DNA of 64,000 bases from Nitrospirota bacterium (GCA_963751455.1 CAVVUN010000015.1:960001-1024000), one strand, 5' to 3'; counted from the first letter of the stretch, positions 9,634 through 18,939 are shown. Made by a program: numbers and translations. The notes: a model not told the origin generated them from the letters alone.

Positions 9634-10029
9634 ATGGAAGAGGCCAGAGCAGAGGCAAAAAAAGGTTTTGAAGAGGCAAAAAAGGGTGTGGACAGGATCG
9701 CGCAGTTATTCGATTCCTGGATGAACACACAGAAGGATGTCATGGAGACCTGGGTGCGGTCGCAGAAGGAGTTCGTGGACACCTGGGTTGATGCAACGAA
9801 AAAACTGCAGGAGTCCTTTCTCAACACAGGCGGCGCCCAGGAAGGAACGATCAATGAGAACCTGAACGTGTACAGATCCTGGCTTACTACGATGTCGAAT
9901 TCTTCAAAAGTGTTCACTGATCAGGCAGGAAGAATTCAGGATACATGGAAGAACGCAGTCGAAAAACAGATGGACGTGAGCAGAGAGATGGTAAACCATT
10001 TCGCGGAGCTTTTCAAAAAGGCCGCCTGA
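9634..10029 (+). CDS. Candidate phasin, Trp 11-mer repeat paralog 2
   Basis: LFDSWMNTQKD/VMETWVRSQKE/FVDTWVDATKK; RBS AAGGAGG. Confidence 0.75.
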   Translation: MEEARAEAKKGFEEAKKGVDRIAQLFDSWMNTQKDVMETWVRSQKEFVDTWVDATKKLQESFLNTGGAQEGTINENLNVYRSWLTTMSNSSKVFTDQAGRIQDTWKNAVEKQMDVSREMVNHFAELFKKAA

Positions 10030-10127
10030 TGAAAGCAGCAAATAGCGGAGCAGGATGCAGCAGGGATTTAAAGTATTTCCTTGCTGCTTGATCCTTGCCC
10101 GCTGGTTGCTCGCACGCAGGAGGAGCG

Positions 10128-10466
10128 ATGGATAAGGTTCTGGAGTTCGTAGACGCATGGATGGGTTCGCAGAAAGAATTCATGGAGAGTTGGGTAAGTT
10201 CGCAGAAGCAATTCATGGATAACTGGACCATGGCTACCAAGATCATCCGTGATTCTTTGCTCCGCGCCGGGGGTCCACCGGAAGGCAAGACAAAAGAGAT
10301 AATGGAGCTGTACCAGTCCGCGCTTATGTCCCTGGTCGATTCGTCCAAAGTCTTGTCACATGAGGCGGAAAAAATTCAGGAGACCTGGAAAAACACGGTC
10401 GAGAAACAAATGGACATGAGCAGGGAGATGGTGAAGAACTTTTCGGAACTCATGAAGGCCTCCTAG
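10128..10466 (+). CDS. Candidate phasin, Trp 11-mer repeat paralog 3
   Basis: FVDAWMGSQKE/FMESWVSSQKQ/FMDNWTMATKI; ATG 10128 after AGGAGGAG. Confidence 0.75.
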   Translation: MDKVLEFVDAWMGSQKEFMESWVSSQKQFMDNWTMATKIIRDSLLRAGGPPEGKTKEIMELYQSALMSLVDSSKVLSHEAEKIQETWKNTVEKQMDMSREMVKNFSELMKAS

Positions 10467-10562
10467 CAGGTTGTCAGGAAACGTCATCTCGTCATCCTGG
10501 CGCAGGGAAGAATTTTCGCGTCTTTCGCTTCGTTCAGGATGGCGATGTTTTTAACAATCCGC
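10464..10562. repeat. REP-like GTCATCCTG/CAGGATGGC palindrome inside an imperfect outer inverted repeat
   Basis: TAGCAGGTTGTCAGGAAAC ... GTTTTTAACAATCCGC enclosing CATCTCGTCATCCTG ... CAGGATGGCGATG. Confidence 0.65.
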
Positions 10563-10601
10563 CGCACAGGTCGGTCGAGCGCCGAAACGAGGAGGCACCT
10601 C

Positions 10602-11639
10602 ATGGATGACACAAAAAAGTATTTCGACAACTGGTTCAAATCTCAGGGCCGCATTCTTGAAGGCTTGGCCGAGATGACAAGGAAATACCAGGAGTCTTTC
10701 TGGGGCCTCGCGCAGAAGGGAGGACCCCCGAGTTTAACGGTTTTCCCAAATGTGTTTACCTCCTGGTCGAACACGGTTTTGAATGCAATGCGCCAGACAG
10801 GCAGTGGAGATCTATCCGACAGGCTTGGATCAAACGCGTACCTGAATCTTTATGAGATCTGGCTTACTCTCATAAAGGCAATCCAGGAAAAAACCATGGA
10901 TCCGAATGCTTATAAAGATCTGGCAGACTCGACAAAATACAAGGATGTTCTGGACCGGGTCTTCGGTTTTGATCCTGACTTCATCACCCAGGCCGCCGTT
11001 CAGGCCTCAAAGCTGCTGGAAGCATTCGGCGGTTCCACGCAGCACTTTATCAAACCGTGGATAGAGGCGTCCGAGAAAAACATGAAAACGCTTCCTCAGA
11101 TCGTAGAAGGCCGTCCCGAAGCGTATATGTCAGCATATCATAACCTGTTTAATGCGTTTGACGGCACGTTCGGGAAGTTTTTTCATGTTCCCCCAGTCGG
11201 GAAGGACAGGGAGAAAATTGAACTGATTCTAAGGACCCTCGATGACCTTTGTGTTTATCTTGCAAAGTCCATTGAATATCAGCATACGATGTACGTGACC
11301 GGAATGACGGCTCTGGAAAAAGTAATAACGACCATCACGGAAAAAGGCAACAAGGGGGAGGACATCAAGGGATTCGAAGAATTTATCGACGTGTGGGTCG
11401 ATATAAACGAGAAAACCTATTACGAGCTGTTTCAATCACGCGAGTTCTCCAGGATGCAGGGGGAATTGCTTGAGACAGGCCTCAAACTGCGGCAGCATAA
11501 TTTCAAGTTGATGGAGCTCTATTTGTACGATTATCCGATTGCGCTCCGTTCTGAAATGGACGATTTGTATAAAACCATTTACGAATTGAAGAAGAAGGTG
11601 AGAAGCCTCGAAAAACAATTCGGGGAGGTAGCCGCATGA
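10602..11639 (+). CDS. phaE: Class III PHA synthase subunit PhaE
   Basis: PPVGKDRE, WVDINE...FQSREF..MQGELL, PIALRSEMDDLYKTIYELKKKV; overlaps phaC start; ATG 10602 after GAGGAGG. Confidence 0.92.
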   Translation: MDDTKKYFDNWFKSQGRILEGLAEMTRKYQESFWGLAQKGGPPSLTVFPNVFTSWSNTVLNAMRQTGSGDLSDRLGSNAYLNLYEIWLTLIKAIQEKTMDPNAYKDLADSTKYKDVLDRVFGFDPDFITQAAVQASKLLEAFGGSTQHFIKPWIEASEKNMKTLPQIVEGRPEAYMSAYHNLFNAFDGTFGKFFHVPPVGKDREKIELILRTLDDLCVYLAKSIEYQHTMYVTGMTALEKVITTITEKGNKGEDIKGFEEFIDVWVDINEKTYYELFQSREFSRMQGELLETGLKLRQHNFKLMELYLYDYPIALRSEMDDLYKTIYELKKKVRSLEKQFGEVAA

Positions 11640-12820
11640 AATCGCCACTTGACACAACACTCGTGAAAGATTTCGTGGAGCAGCTGGGAGACATGGGGGT
11701 GAAGCTCGCGAAGGGCTCGGAAACCGTCACGGAAATAGATGAAATTGACGTCGGGACAGCCCCCAAAGACATTATCTATGCCGAGGACAAGCTTCAGGTT
11801 TTCCATTACCGGCGGGAAGAGAAGGCAACCTGCACCATACCGGTCCTGATCGTGTATGCACTGGTGAACCGGGAGTACATGCTCGACCTTCAGCCTGACC
11901 GCAGCGTCGTCAGAAATCTTATCCAGCACGGGATTGATGTATATATGATCGATTGGGGCTATCCGACAAAAACGGACATGTACGTAAGCATGGACGATTA
12001 CATAAACGGATATCTGAATAACTGTGTCGACGTTGTCAGAAAAAATTCCGGTGCGGACAAGATCAATATCATGGGGATATGCCAGGGAGGCACCTTCAGC
12101 GGGATTTATTCGTCACTCTATCCCGAGAAGATCAAAAATCTCGTCACGATCGCAGCACCGTTCGATTTTTCAACCAATGACGCTCTTCTCTTCAACTGGT
12201 CAAAGGACATGCCTGCCGACGCCCTTGTCGATACCTACCGGGTCGTTCCAGGAGATTTTCTGAATCAGGGCTTCCTGATGCTGATGCCCTTTACGCTGAA
12301 CGTCAGAAAGTATGTCGATATGCTCGATCTGATAGAAGATAAGGAAAAATTCCTGAACTTCCTCCGGATGGAGAAATGGATCTTTGACAGCCCGGGCCAG
12401 GCAGGGGAGTGCCTGAGGCAGTTTATGAAGGATTTATATCAGGGGAACAAGCTCGTCAAAGGCGAATTGAAGCTGGGCGGTCAAACGGTAAACCTTAAAA
12501 ACATCACCATGCCGCTGTTGAACATCTATGCCACTGCAGACCACCTCGTCCCGCCCAACGCCACAAAGCCGTTGAATGATCTGGTGGGAAGCACCGATAA
12601 ATCACTCTATGAATTCAAAGGCGGCCATATCGGCATCTTTGTAGGGACGAAATCTCAAAAGGAGCTTGCTCCCGCGATAGCGCAGTGGCTTCAGCAGAGA
12701 TGCGGAAATGGGGCGGTAAAGCCTGAGGGGGCGACAAAGCCTGAGAAAGCGGAAACCCCGCCTTCTGCAGGGACCAGAGCCAAGGAGCCCGGACGCCGGA
12801 AACGCCCCGGGAATGAATGA
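11636..12820 (+). CDS. phaC: Class III PHA synthase subunit PhaC
   Basis: VYALVNREYMLDLQPDRS, IDWGYP, lipase box GICQGG, RMEKWIFDSP, DHLVPP, GGHIG. Confidence 0.96.
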   Translation: MKSPLDTTLVKDFVEQLGDMGVKLAKGSETVTEIDEIDVGTAPKDIIYAEDKLQVFHYRREEKATCTIPVLIVYALVNREYMLDLQPDRSVVRNLIQHGIDVYMIDWGYPTKTDMYVSMDDYINGYLNNCVDVVRKNSGADKINIMGICQGGTFSGIYSSLYPEKIKNLVTIAAPFDFSTNDALLFNWSKDMPADALVDTYRVVPGDFLNQGFLMLMPFTLNVRKYVDMLDLIEDKEKFLNFLRMEKWIFDSPGQAGECLRQFMKDLYQGNKLVKGELKLGGQTVNLKNITMPLLNIYATADHLVPPNATKPLNDLVGSTDKSLYEFKGGHIGIFVGTKSQKELAPAIAQWLQQRCGNGAVKPEGATKPEKAETPPSAGTRAKEPGRRKRPGNE

Positions 12821-12848
12821 AGCGGGAGGACGAGAGGAAAATATCATT

Positions 12849-13592
12849 ATGGAATTGACGGGCAAAAAAATCATTGTAACGGGCGGCGCGCGCGGTATGG
12901 GAAAGAGGTTCGCCGTGGATTTAAAGGCCCAGGGCGCCAAACCAACCGTTGTGGATGTGGCTCAGGATACACTTGACGCGCTGAAGAATGAAACCGGCAT
13001 CCCAGGACAGGTTGTCGATGTAAGCAATGAAAAGAGCGTCGAGTCCTTTTTTGAGCAATATACCCGGGAGAACGGCGCTCCGGATGCGTTGATCAACAAT
13101 GCCGGAATCACGGCTGATTCTCTCTTTATCAAGAAAAAAGGGGACGAGGTTACGAAGTTTCCCTTCCCGAACTGGGAAAGGGTGCTCAATGTCAACCTGA
13201 CGGGGGTCTTCCTGTGCGCGCGGGAGGCCGCGTTTCATATGGTGAAGAACAGCGTCAAAGGCGTGATCGTGAATATTTCATCGATCAGCCGGGCAGGGAA
13301 CCTGGGCCAGACAAACTATTCAGCTGCAAAATCCGCAGTTGACTCGATGACCGTAACCTGGGCGAAAGAACTGGCGAGATACGGCATCCGTGTGGGCGCG
13401 ATCGCTCCAGGCTATATCAACACCGAGATGGTTGCCAAGATCAGACCCGAAGTCCTCGAGAAACTCATCCAGAACATTCCGGCAGGGCGGCTCGGCGATA
13501 TGGGCGAAATATCTCTTGCCGTTCAGTTCATCATAAAAAATGACTTCTTTACCGGCAGAATTCTGGAAGTGGACGGCGGCATGAGGATCTGA
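12849..13592 (+). CDS. phaB: Acetoacetyl-CoA reductase-like SDR, paralog 2
   Basis: TGGARGMG, NNAG, GNLGQTNYSAAK; lies between phaC and thiolase; ATG 12849. Confidence 0.8.
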   Translation: MELTGKKIIVTGGARGMGKRFAVDLKAQGAKPTVVDVAQDTLDALKNETGIPGQVVDVSNEKSVESFFEQYTRENGAPDALINNAGITADSLFIKKKGDEVTKFPFPNWERVLNVNLTGVFLCAREAAFHMVKNSVKGVIVNISSISRAGNLGQTNYSAAKSAVDSMTVTWAKELARYGIRVGAIAPGYINTEMVAKIRPEVLEKLIQNIPAGRLGDMGEISLAVQFIIKNDFFTGRILEVDGGMRI

Positions 13593-13603
13593 GCTTAAAA
13601 AAG

Positions 13604-13687
13604 AATTGCATATTGCAAAGTGTTGGAATGTATTTATGGCTTCCGGCCATACCGCAAATTTACAATTTAAATTTTCAATTTGCAATT
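13604..13687. repeat. TTGCAA-type heptamer palindrome with small inner hairpin
   Basis: AATTGCATATTGCAAAG ... TATGGC-TTCCG-GCCATA ... AATTTACAATTTAAATTTTCAATTTGCAATT. Confidence 0.7.
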
Positions 13688-13735
13688 AGTGCAGTCAGGC
13701 TTCCTGGCTTGACTCCACTCACTGGGGAGGATGCA

Positions 13736-14917
13736 ATGGAAGCGTATATCGTAGGAGGGACCAGGACAGCCATCGGAAGATACGGCGGCGCCCTCGCCTC
13801 CCTGGATGCCATAGATATAGGGTCGGCGGTGATCAAAGAGGTTTTGAAAAGAACCGGGATCCCGAGAGAAGCAGTTCAGGAAGTGATCATGGGGCAGGTA
13901 CTCCAGGCCGGGCTCGGGCAAAACCCGGCCCGCCAGGCAGCTATGCGCGCCGGACTGCCTGAAAACGTGCCGGCCTTCACCGTAAACAAGGTATGCGGCT
14001 CCGGATTGAAGTCTGTTGTGCTCGCGGGTTTAACCATTTCGGCGGGAGAAGAGAACGCTATTATTGCGGGCGGCATGGAGCATATGACAAGCGCGCCTTA
14101 TGTGGTAAAGTCCGCACGGTGGGGGCAGCGTCTGGGAAACGCAGAGATGACGGATACGCTCGTAAACGACGCGCTTTGGGATACTTTCTATGAGTGCCAT
14201 ATGGGAATTACAGCCGAGAACATTGCGACCAAGTACGGCATAAACAGAATCGATCAGGATCAGTTTGCAATGGACTCGCAAAGGAAGACAGAGCAGGCAA
14301 TCAAGGAAGGCAAGTTCAAGGATGAGATTGTTCCCCTGAAAGTCAAACCGGAAAAAGGTCCGGACAAGATTTTTGATACGGACGAGCATCCCCGCTTCGG
14401 TACCACGTGCGAGGCCCTTGGCAAATTGAAGCCGGCGTTCAGGACGGAGGGGACGGTCACCGCGGGCAACGCCTCGGGCATCAACGACGGAGCTGCGGCT
14501 GTGCTGGTTGTTTCCCGGGATAAAATGAAGGAAATGAGCCCTCCCTGGGCTTTTAAATTACGCGCTTGGTCCACAGCCGCAATAGATCCTGCGTTTATGG
14601 GTCTAGGACCCATTGACGCCTGCAAACAGGTCCTTGAACGCGGAAAGCTTGCTGTGAAAGATCTTGATCTGGTCGAGGTCAACGAAGCGTTTGCCGCACA
14701 GTCGATCCAGGTGCACCGGGCGTTGAAATGGGACATGGAAAAGGTGAATGTTCTGGGCGGGGCTATTGCGCTCGGACACCCGGTGGGAGCGAGCGGAACG
14801 AGGATCCTTGTAACCCTTCTTTATGAAATGGTACGGCGCAATGTAAATCTGGGCCTGGCCTCGCTTTGCATCGGCGGCGGGCAGGGCATTGCCGTGATCG
14901 TGGAGCGGGTCAGGTAA
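13736..14917 (+). CDS. phaA: Acetyl-CoA C-acetyltransferase (thiolase)
   Basis: NKVCGSG, NEAFAAQ, GAIALGHPVGASG, CIGGGQG; ATG 13736 after GGGGAGG. Confidence 0.93.
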   Translation: MEAYIVGGTRTAIGRYGGALASLDAIDIGSAVIKEVLKRTGIPREAVQEVIMGQVLQAGLGQNPARQAAMRAGLPENVPAFTVNKVCGSGLKSVVLAGLTISAGEENAIIAGGMEHMTSAPYVVKSARWGQRLGNAEMTDTLVNDALWDTFYECHMGITAENIATKYGINRIDQDQFAMDSQRKTEQAIKEGKFKDEIVPLKVKPEKGPDKIFDTDEHPRFGTTCEALGKLKPAFRTEGTVTAGNASGINDGAAAVLVVSRDKMKEMSPPWAFKLRAWSTAAIDPAFMGLGPIDACKQVLERGKLAVKDLDLVEVNEAFAAQSIQVHRALKWDMEKVNVLGGAIALGHPVGASGTRILVTLLYEMVRRNVNLGLASLCIGGGQGIAVIVERVR

Positions 14918-14988
14918 ATAAATTACCGGCTGTTTTCCGCTGTGCCGATCCGTGGTGACGGCTCACGGCATTTGCAATCACAGGATGA

Positions 14989-15495
14989 CTAGTCCGTATC
15001 GCAGGGTGGTATGCGTTCTTTAAGTTTTGAAAGGCGTGCCGCTGTAAGTTCGGATTTCAGCACGAAGTCGGTTTTGGCGTAAGCATCTTTTTTCTTCATG
15101 AGCAGCCATTCCTTCCCGGTGCCTTTCGGCAGGCCCTTCATCTGGGCAAGCGCGAATGCTCCTTTCAGTTTTTCCCCCTTGAGCTCGAAAACGAGCTTCC
15201 CTGCTGCAAGCCCCAATACCGGGTCCTGCCCCTCGAGGGGGAGGTACTCTCCGCTATCCCAGATTACGACCGGGCCTGCGCCGTACGATCCTTCGGGGAT
15301 GACGCCTTCGAAGTCTCTATATTCCACTGGATGGTCGGGCACCATGACAGCAAGCCGCTTGTCAGCCGGGTTCAGGGATGGGCCCTTCGGTACGGCCCAT
15401 GATTTAAGAACCCCTTCCATTTCCAGCCGGAAATCATAATGAAGTCTCGAGGCCTTGTGCTCATGTACAACAAAACGCAAATTTCTGGAATTCAC
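14989..15495 (-). CDS. Stand-alone LigD 3'-phosphoesterase domain protein
   Basis: [52 protein letters not shown]; GTG 15495 after AGGAAGGA. Confidence 0.9.
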   Translation of the reverse strand: MNSRNLRFVVHEHKASRLHYDFRLEMEGVLKSWAVPKGPSLNPADKRLAVMVPDHPVEYRDFEGVIPEGSYGAGPVVIWDSGEYLPLEGQDPVLGLAAGKLVFELKGEKLKGAFALAQMKGLPKGTGKEWLLMKKKDAYAKTDFVLKSELTAARLSKLKERIPPCDTD

Positions 15496-15521
15496 TGTTA
15501 TTTTGTCCTTCCTGAAAATTC

Positions 15522-15550
15522 TTGACAAAGGTTTTGGCAATCTATAATAT
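15522..15550 (+). promoter_or_regulatory. sigma70 promoter for cysS
   Basis: TTGACA (15522) with TATAAT at N15 or TAATAT at N17. Confidence 0.6.
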
Positions 15551-15636
15551 TCTTAGTTCATTCGGAACATTTTCTGTCTGAACCAATTATACTAATACTA
15601 TAGCTTAAGTATACTCGAGATGAGGATGCGGGGTCT

Positions 15637-17112
15637 ATGATCAAACTGTACAACACACTCTCCGGAAAAAAAGAAGAATTCATACCGATCACCGAAGGTA
15701 AGGTGATGATGTACGCGTGCGGCGTAACCGTATACGATTACTCACATCTTGGCCACGCTCGGGGTGCGGTCGTCTTCGACCTCATACAGCGGTATTTCAG
15801 GCGCAAGGGGTTCGACGTCAAGTACGTCCGTAACTTCACCGATATCGACGACAAGATCATCAAGCGGGCCAAAGAGGAAGGCATTTCAGCCGCTGACGTC
15901 GCACATAAATATATCGAAGCGTACCAGGAGGACATGAAGCGGCTTGGCGTCGGCAGGGCTGATGTGGAACCCAAGGCAACAGAACATATCAAAGAAATGA
16001 TCGATGTTGTCAGCGGCCTGATAAAAAAAGGACAAGCGTATGCACTGGAAGGCGATGTTTATTTCTCTGTGAGCAGCTTTAAGGATTATGGAAAGCTGTC
16101 AAAACGGAACATCGATGACCTGAAGGCCGGCGCTCGGGTCGAGGTCGATGAACGAAAGACCGACCCGCTCGACTTCGCATTATGGAAGGCTTCCAAGCCG
16201 GGAGAGCCCGCATGGGACAGCCCTTGGGGACCGGGCAGACCGGGCTGGCACATCGAATGCTCGGCGATGGGGTTCAAGCATCTTGGAGAGACCTTCGATA
16301 TTCATGCGGGGGGCAAAGATCTGATTTTCCCGCACCACGAGAACGAGATCGCGCAGAGCGAAGCCTATTCGGGCAAAAAGTTCGTCAATTACTGGATACA
16401 CAACGGGTTCGTAAACATTAACGAGGAAAAGATGTCGAAGTCCCTCGGAAACTTCTTTACCATCCGCGATATCCTCGACCAGTATGACCCTGAAGTCGTC
16501 CGTATGTTTCTTCTGTCGACGCATTACCGCAGCCCGATAGACTTCTCGGACGCCAACCTGAAAGACGCGCGCGCAGGACTTGATCGCTTCTATACAATGA
16601 AAGAAGCCATCAATAAAATTCTGGAGGGAAAGACGGCGCCGACGAGCAAACCTGAAGAGCTCATTGAAACGACTGACCGGCCGCTTTACCAGAAGATCAT
16701 GGATCTTTCGAAGACGTTCGAAGAGGCTATGGACGACGACTTCAACACTGCTTTTGCGATCGGTCTCATCTTTGACGTTGTCCGCGATACCAACAAATTT
16801 CTGGCAGAGGCGGATAAAAAGAACGAGAAAGCGGTATTTTCGATTCTCTCCGCTGCGGCTGGATCCTTTGAAGATGTGAGCAAAACGCTCGGGATTTTCC
16901 TCCGTCAGCCTGACGAGTGGTTCAAACAGAGCAGGCTTGCGGACAACAAAGTCACGATCCCTGTTGAACAAATCGAGCAGCTGATACGTGAGCGGAATGA
17001 GGCACGTGCCCGCAAGGCATGGGCCGAGGCTGACCGGGTCCGTAAAGTTCTGGATGATGCCGGCGTTGCGCTGTATGACAGGGCTGACGGAACGGTCTGG
17101 AAACCGAAGTGA
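15637..17112 (+). CDS. cysS: Cysteine--tRNA ligase
   Basis: CGVTVYD, HLGH, GRPGWHIECS, DLIFPHHENE, KMSKS. Confidence 0.98.
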   Translation: MIKLYNTLSGKKEEFIPITEGKVMMYACGVTVYDYSHLGHARGAVVFDLIQRYFRRKGFDVKYVRNFTDIDDKIIKRAKEEGISAADVAHKYIEAYQEDMKRLGVGRADVEPKATEHIKEMIDVVSGLIKKGQAYALEGDVYFSVSSFKDYGKLSKRNIDDLKAGARVEVDERKTDPLDFALWKASKPGEPAWDSPWGPGRPGWHIECSAMGFKHLGETFDIHAGGKDLIFPHHENEIAQSEAYSGKKFVNYWIHNGFVNINEEKMSKSLGNFFTIRDILDQYDPEVVRMFLLSTHYRSPIDFSDANLKDARAGLDRFYTMKEAINKILEGKTAPTSKPEELIETTDRPLYQKIMDLSKTFEEAMDDDFNTAFAIGLIFDVVRDTNKFLAEADKKNEKAVFSILSAAAGSFEDVSKTLGIFLRQPDEWFKQSRLADNKVTIPVEQIEQLIRERNEARARKAWAEADRVRKVLDDAGVALYDRADGTVWKPK

Positions 17113-17164
17113 AGCGGTCTTCGACCGTGGCCATTTTATTTGAATCAAAACATAAAACCGTTTT

Positions 17165-17382
17165 TCTCGCAAAGGCGCAAAGTTCGCTAAGAAGGCACCA
17201 GCATTTGATATTGTTTCATTCAAAACCAGAAGCTTTTTATTTTCTTCGTGTCTTCGCCTGTGGCCGGCGCCTTGAGTGCGTAGCGCGAATATAGGCCATG
17301 GCTTCGTGTAAGACCGCTTTTTGACTTTACATTCATTAAGACTTAAAGTTTTTCTTTGCGACCTTTGCGCCTTTGCGCGAGA
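17165..17382. repeat. CGCAAAG-type periodic palindrome with nested module
   Basis: TCTCGCAAAGGCGCAAAGTTCGCTAAG ... CTTTGCGACCTTTGCGCCTTTGCGCGAGA; contains a CTTCGTG arm interrupted by the module at 17256-17296. Confidence 0.85.
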
Positions 17383-17444
17383 CTGCTTTTGCTTTTGAAT
17401 TGCTTCATCCGATCTGACCGTTGTTCCCTTAACTTATCGACCAC

Positions 17445-18188
17445 ATGCGAAGAGACAAAATATTCGGCATTAACCCTGTGCTGGAAGCGCTTAAATCCGG
17501 CAGGGCAATCCAACGCGTGCTGATCGCCGAGCAGCGGAAAATCGACCGTGATACCGCCGATCTGATCCGGATGGCGAAGAATGCCGGCATAGAAGTAAGA
17601 ATGGCAAGCCGGGAGGTTCTGGACCGGGAGTCACAGCGGGGTGTTCATCAAGGTGTTATCGCTCTTACCGCTGCCCACGAATACTCTTCGCTCGACGATG
17701 TTTTACAGATACCGAAGGAACGGCAGCAGGTTCCTCTTTTCCTTATCCTGGACGGAGTGGAGGATCCGAGAAACCTGGGCGCGATCCTGAGGACATGCGA
17801 GACGGCCGGTGTTCACGGTGTAATAATTCCTGAGCGAAGGGCTGCTGGTCTCACCGAGACGGTAGGGAAAACCGCGGCAGGAGCCCTCGAATACGTGCCG
17901 GTTGCCAAGGTTGTGAATATCACACAATCGATCGATCAACTCAAGGAAGCCGGCATATGGGTAGCTGCCGCCGAGGCGGGCGGAGAAACAGAATACTGGG
18001 ATGCCGATTTTGTCCGGCCGACGGCCCTCGTCCTGGGAGGCGAGGACAAGGGTATTCGCAGGCTGGTCGGAGAACATTGCGATTATTCAGTGTCGCTGCC
18101 GCTTATGGGACATATTAATTCTCTTAATGTATCAGTTGCTGCCGGTGTGCTGCTGTATGAGGTATTGCGACAACGCCGAACCAAATAG
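17445..18188 (+). CDS. rlmB: 23S rRNA Gm2251 2'-O-methyltransferase
   Basis: HQGVIA, LDGVEDPRNLGAILR, LGGEDKG, SLNVSVAAG SPOUT motifs; follows cysS. Confidence 0.95.
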   Translation: MRRDKIFGINPVLEALKSGRAIQRVLIAEQRKIDRDTADLIRMAKNAGIEVRMASREVLDRESQRGVHQGVIALTAAHEYSSLDDVLQIPKERQQVPLFLILDGVEDPRNLGAILRTCETAGVHGVIIPERRAAGLTETVGKTAAGALEYVPVAKVVNITQSIDQLKEAGIWVAAAEAGGETEYWDADFVRPTALVLGGEDKGIRRLVGEHCDYSVSLPLMGHINSLNVSVAAGVLLYEVLRQRRTK

Positions 18189-18301
18189 CCCTAAAATGGT
18201 TCTCTTTTTCGTTTTTCCTCATTCCTCAGAAAATATTTCGGCCTCAACGACCCGCCAAAACAAACTTAAGTATCGATTATCGGCTTTGATAATATTTTTA
18301 C

Positions 18302-18331
18302 TTGACAAAATCAGTTACAATATCTTATAAT
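18302..18331 (+). promoter_or_regulatory. sigma70 promoter of the tRNA-tuf operon
   Basis: TTGACA-N18-TATAAT. Confidence 0.8.
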
Positions 18332-18428
18332 AACAGTTCTTTGGGCGGGACTTAGTTATTTCCCTTATCATTTTTTTAAACCAGTCTTTCCACGCGGCGC
18401 AGGGGCGTGGTATGGCCCCAAGGGTTCT

Positions 18429-18504
18429 GCCACCGTAACTCAGCTGGTAGAGTAGCTGATTTGTAATCAGCCTGTCGGGGGTTCGAGTCCCTTCGGTGGC
18501 TCCA
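18429..18504 (+). tRNA. tRNA-Thr(TGT)
   Basis: Cloverleaf; GCTGA-TTTGTAA-TCAGC anticodon arm; TTCGA; CCA. Confidence 0.95.
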
Positions 18505-18550
18505 CTTTACTGACTTCGTAGCTCGCTATCGGAAATTTGTTGTTGCGTTC

Positions 18551-18636
18551 GGGGAGGTGCCCGAGTGGCCAAAGGGAACAGACTGTAAATCTGTCGGCGT
18601 CAGCCTACGGAGGTTCGAAACCTCCCCTCCCCACCA
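18551..18636 (+). tRNA. tRNA-Tyr(GTA)
   Basis: ACAGA-CTGTAAA-TCTGT arm; long variable arm; CCA. Confidence 0.96.
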
Positions 18637-18700
18637 CTTTTAGTAATACTTGATCGGGGACCTGTGGAATCCGATCTTGAGTCAGTTTCTGTAAGTCGCA

Positions 18701-18768
18701 GCCCGAGGTCATTCGACAAGACTTCGGGCGTGAGCCGAGTCGCTCATGATGGTGAGCGAAGTCGAACC
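18701..18768. repeat. REP-like multi-hairpin insert between tRNA-Tyr and tRNA-Gly
   Basis: GCCCGAGGTC/GACTTCGGGC, TCGCTCA/TGAGCGA, TTCGAC/GTCGAA. Confidence 0.6.
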
Positions 18769-18775
18769 ATCGAAT

Positions 18776-18852
18776 GCGGGAATAGCTCAGCTGGCTAGAG
18801 CGCAAGCCTTCCAAGCTTGGGGTCGCGGGTTCGAATCCCGTTTCCCGCTCCA
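18776..18852 (+). tRNA. tRNA-Gly(TCC)
   Basis: CAAGC-CTTCCAA-GCTTG arm; CCA. Confidence 0.96.
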
Positions 18853-18863
18853 TTTCCAAGACC

Positions 18864-18939
18864 GCCCATGTAGCTCAGTTGGTAGAGCACATCCTTGGTA
18901 AGGATGAGGTCAGCGGTTCAATCCCGCTCATGGGCTCCA
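18864..18939 (+). tRNA. tRNA-Thr(GGT)
   Basis: ATCCT-TGGTA-AGGAT region with GGT anticodon; CCA. Confidence 0.96.

Noticed and set aside
17109-17294. Small ORFs across palindromic spacers (also 4211-4513, 6841-6942, 49191-49382)
   Set aside because: Translations of periodic repeat DNA with no RBS or homology signal
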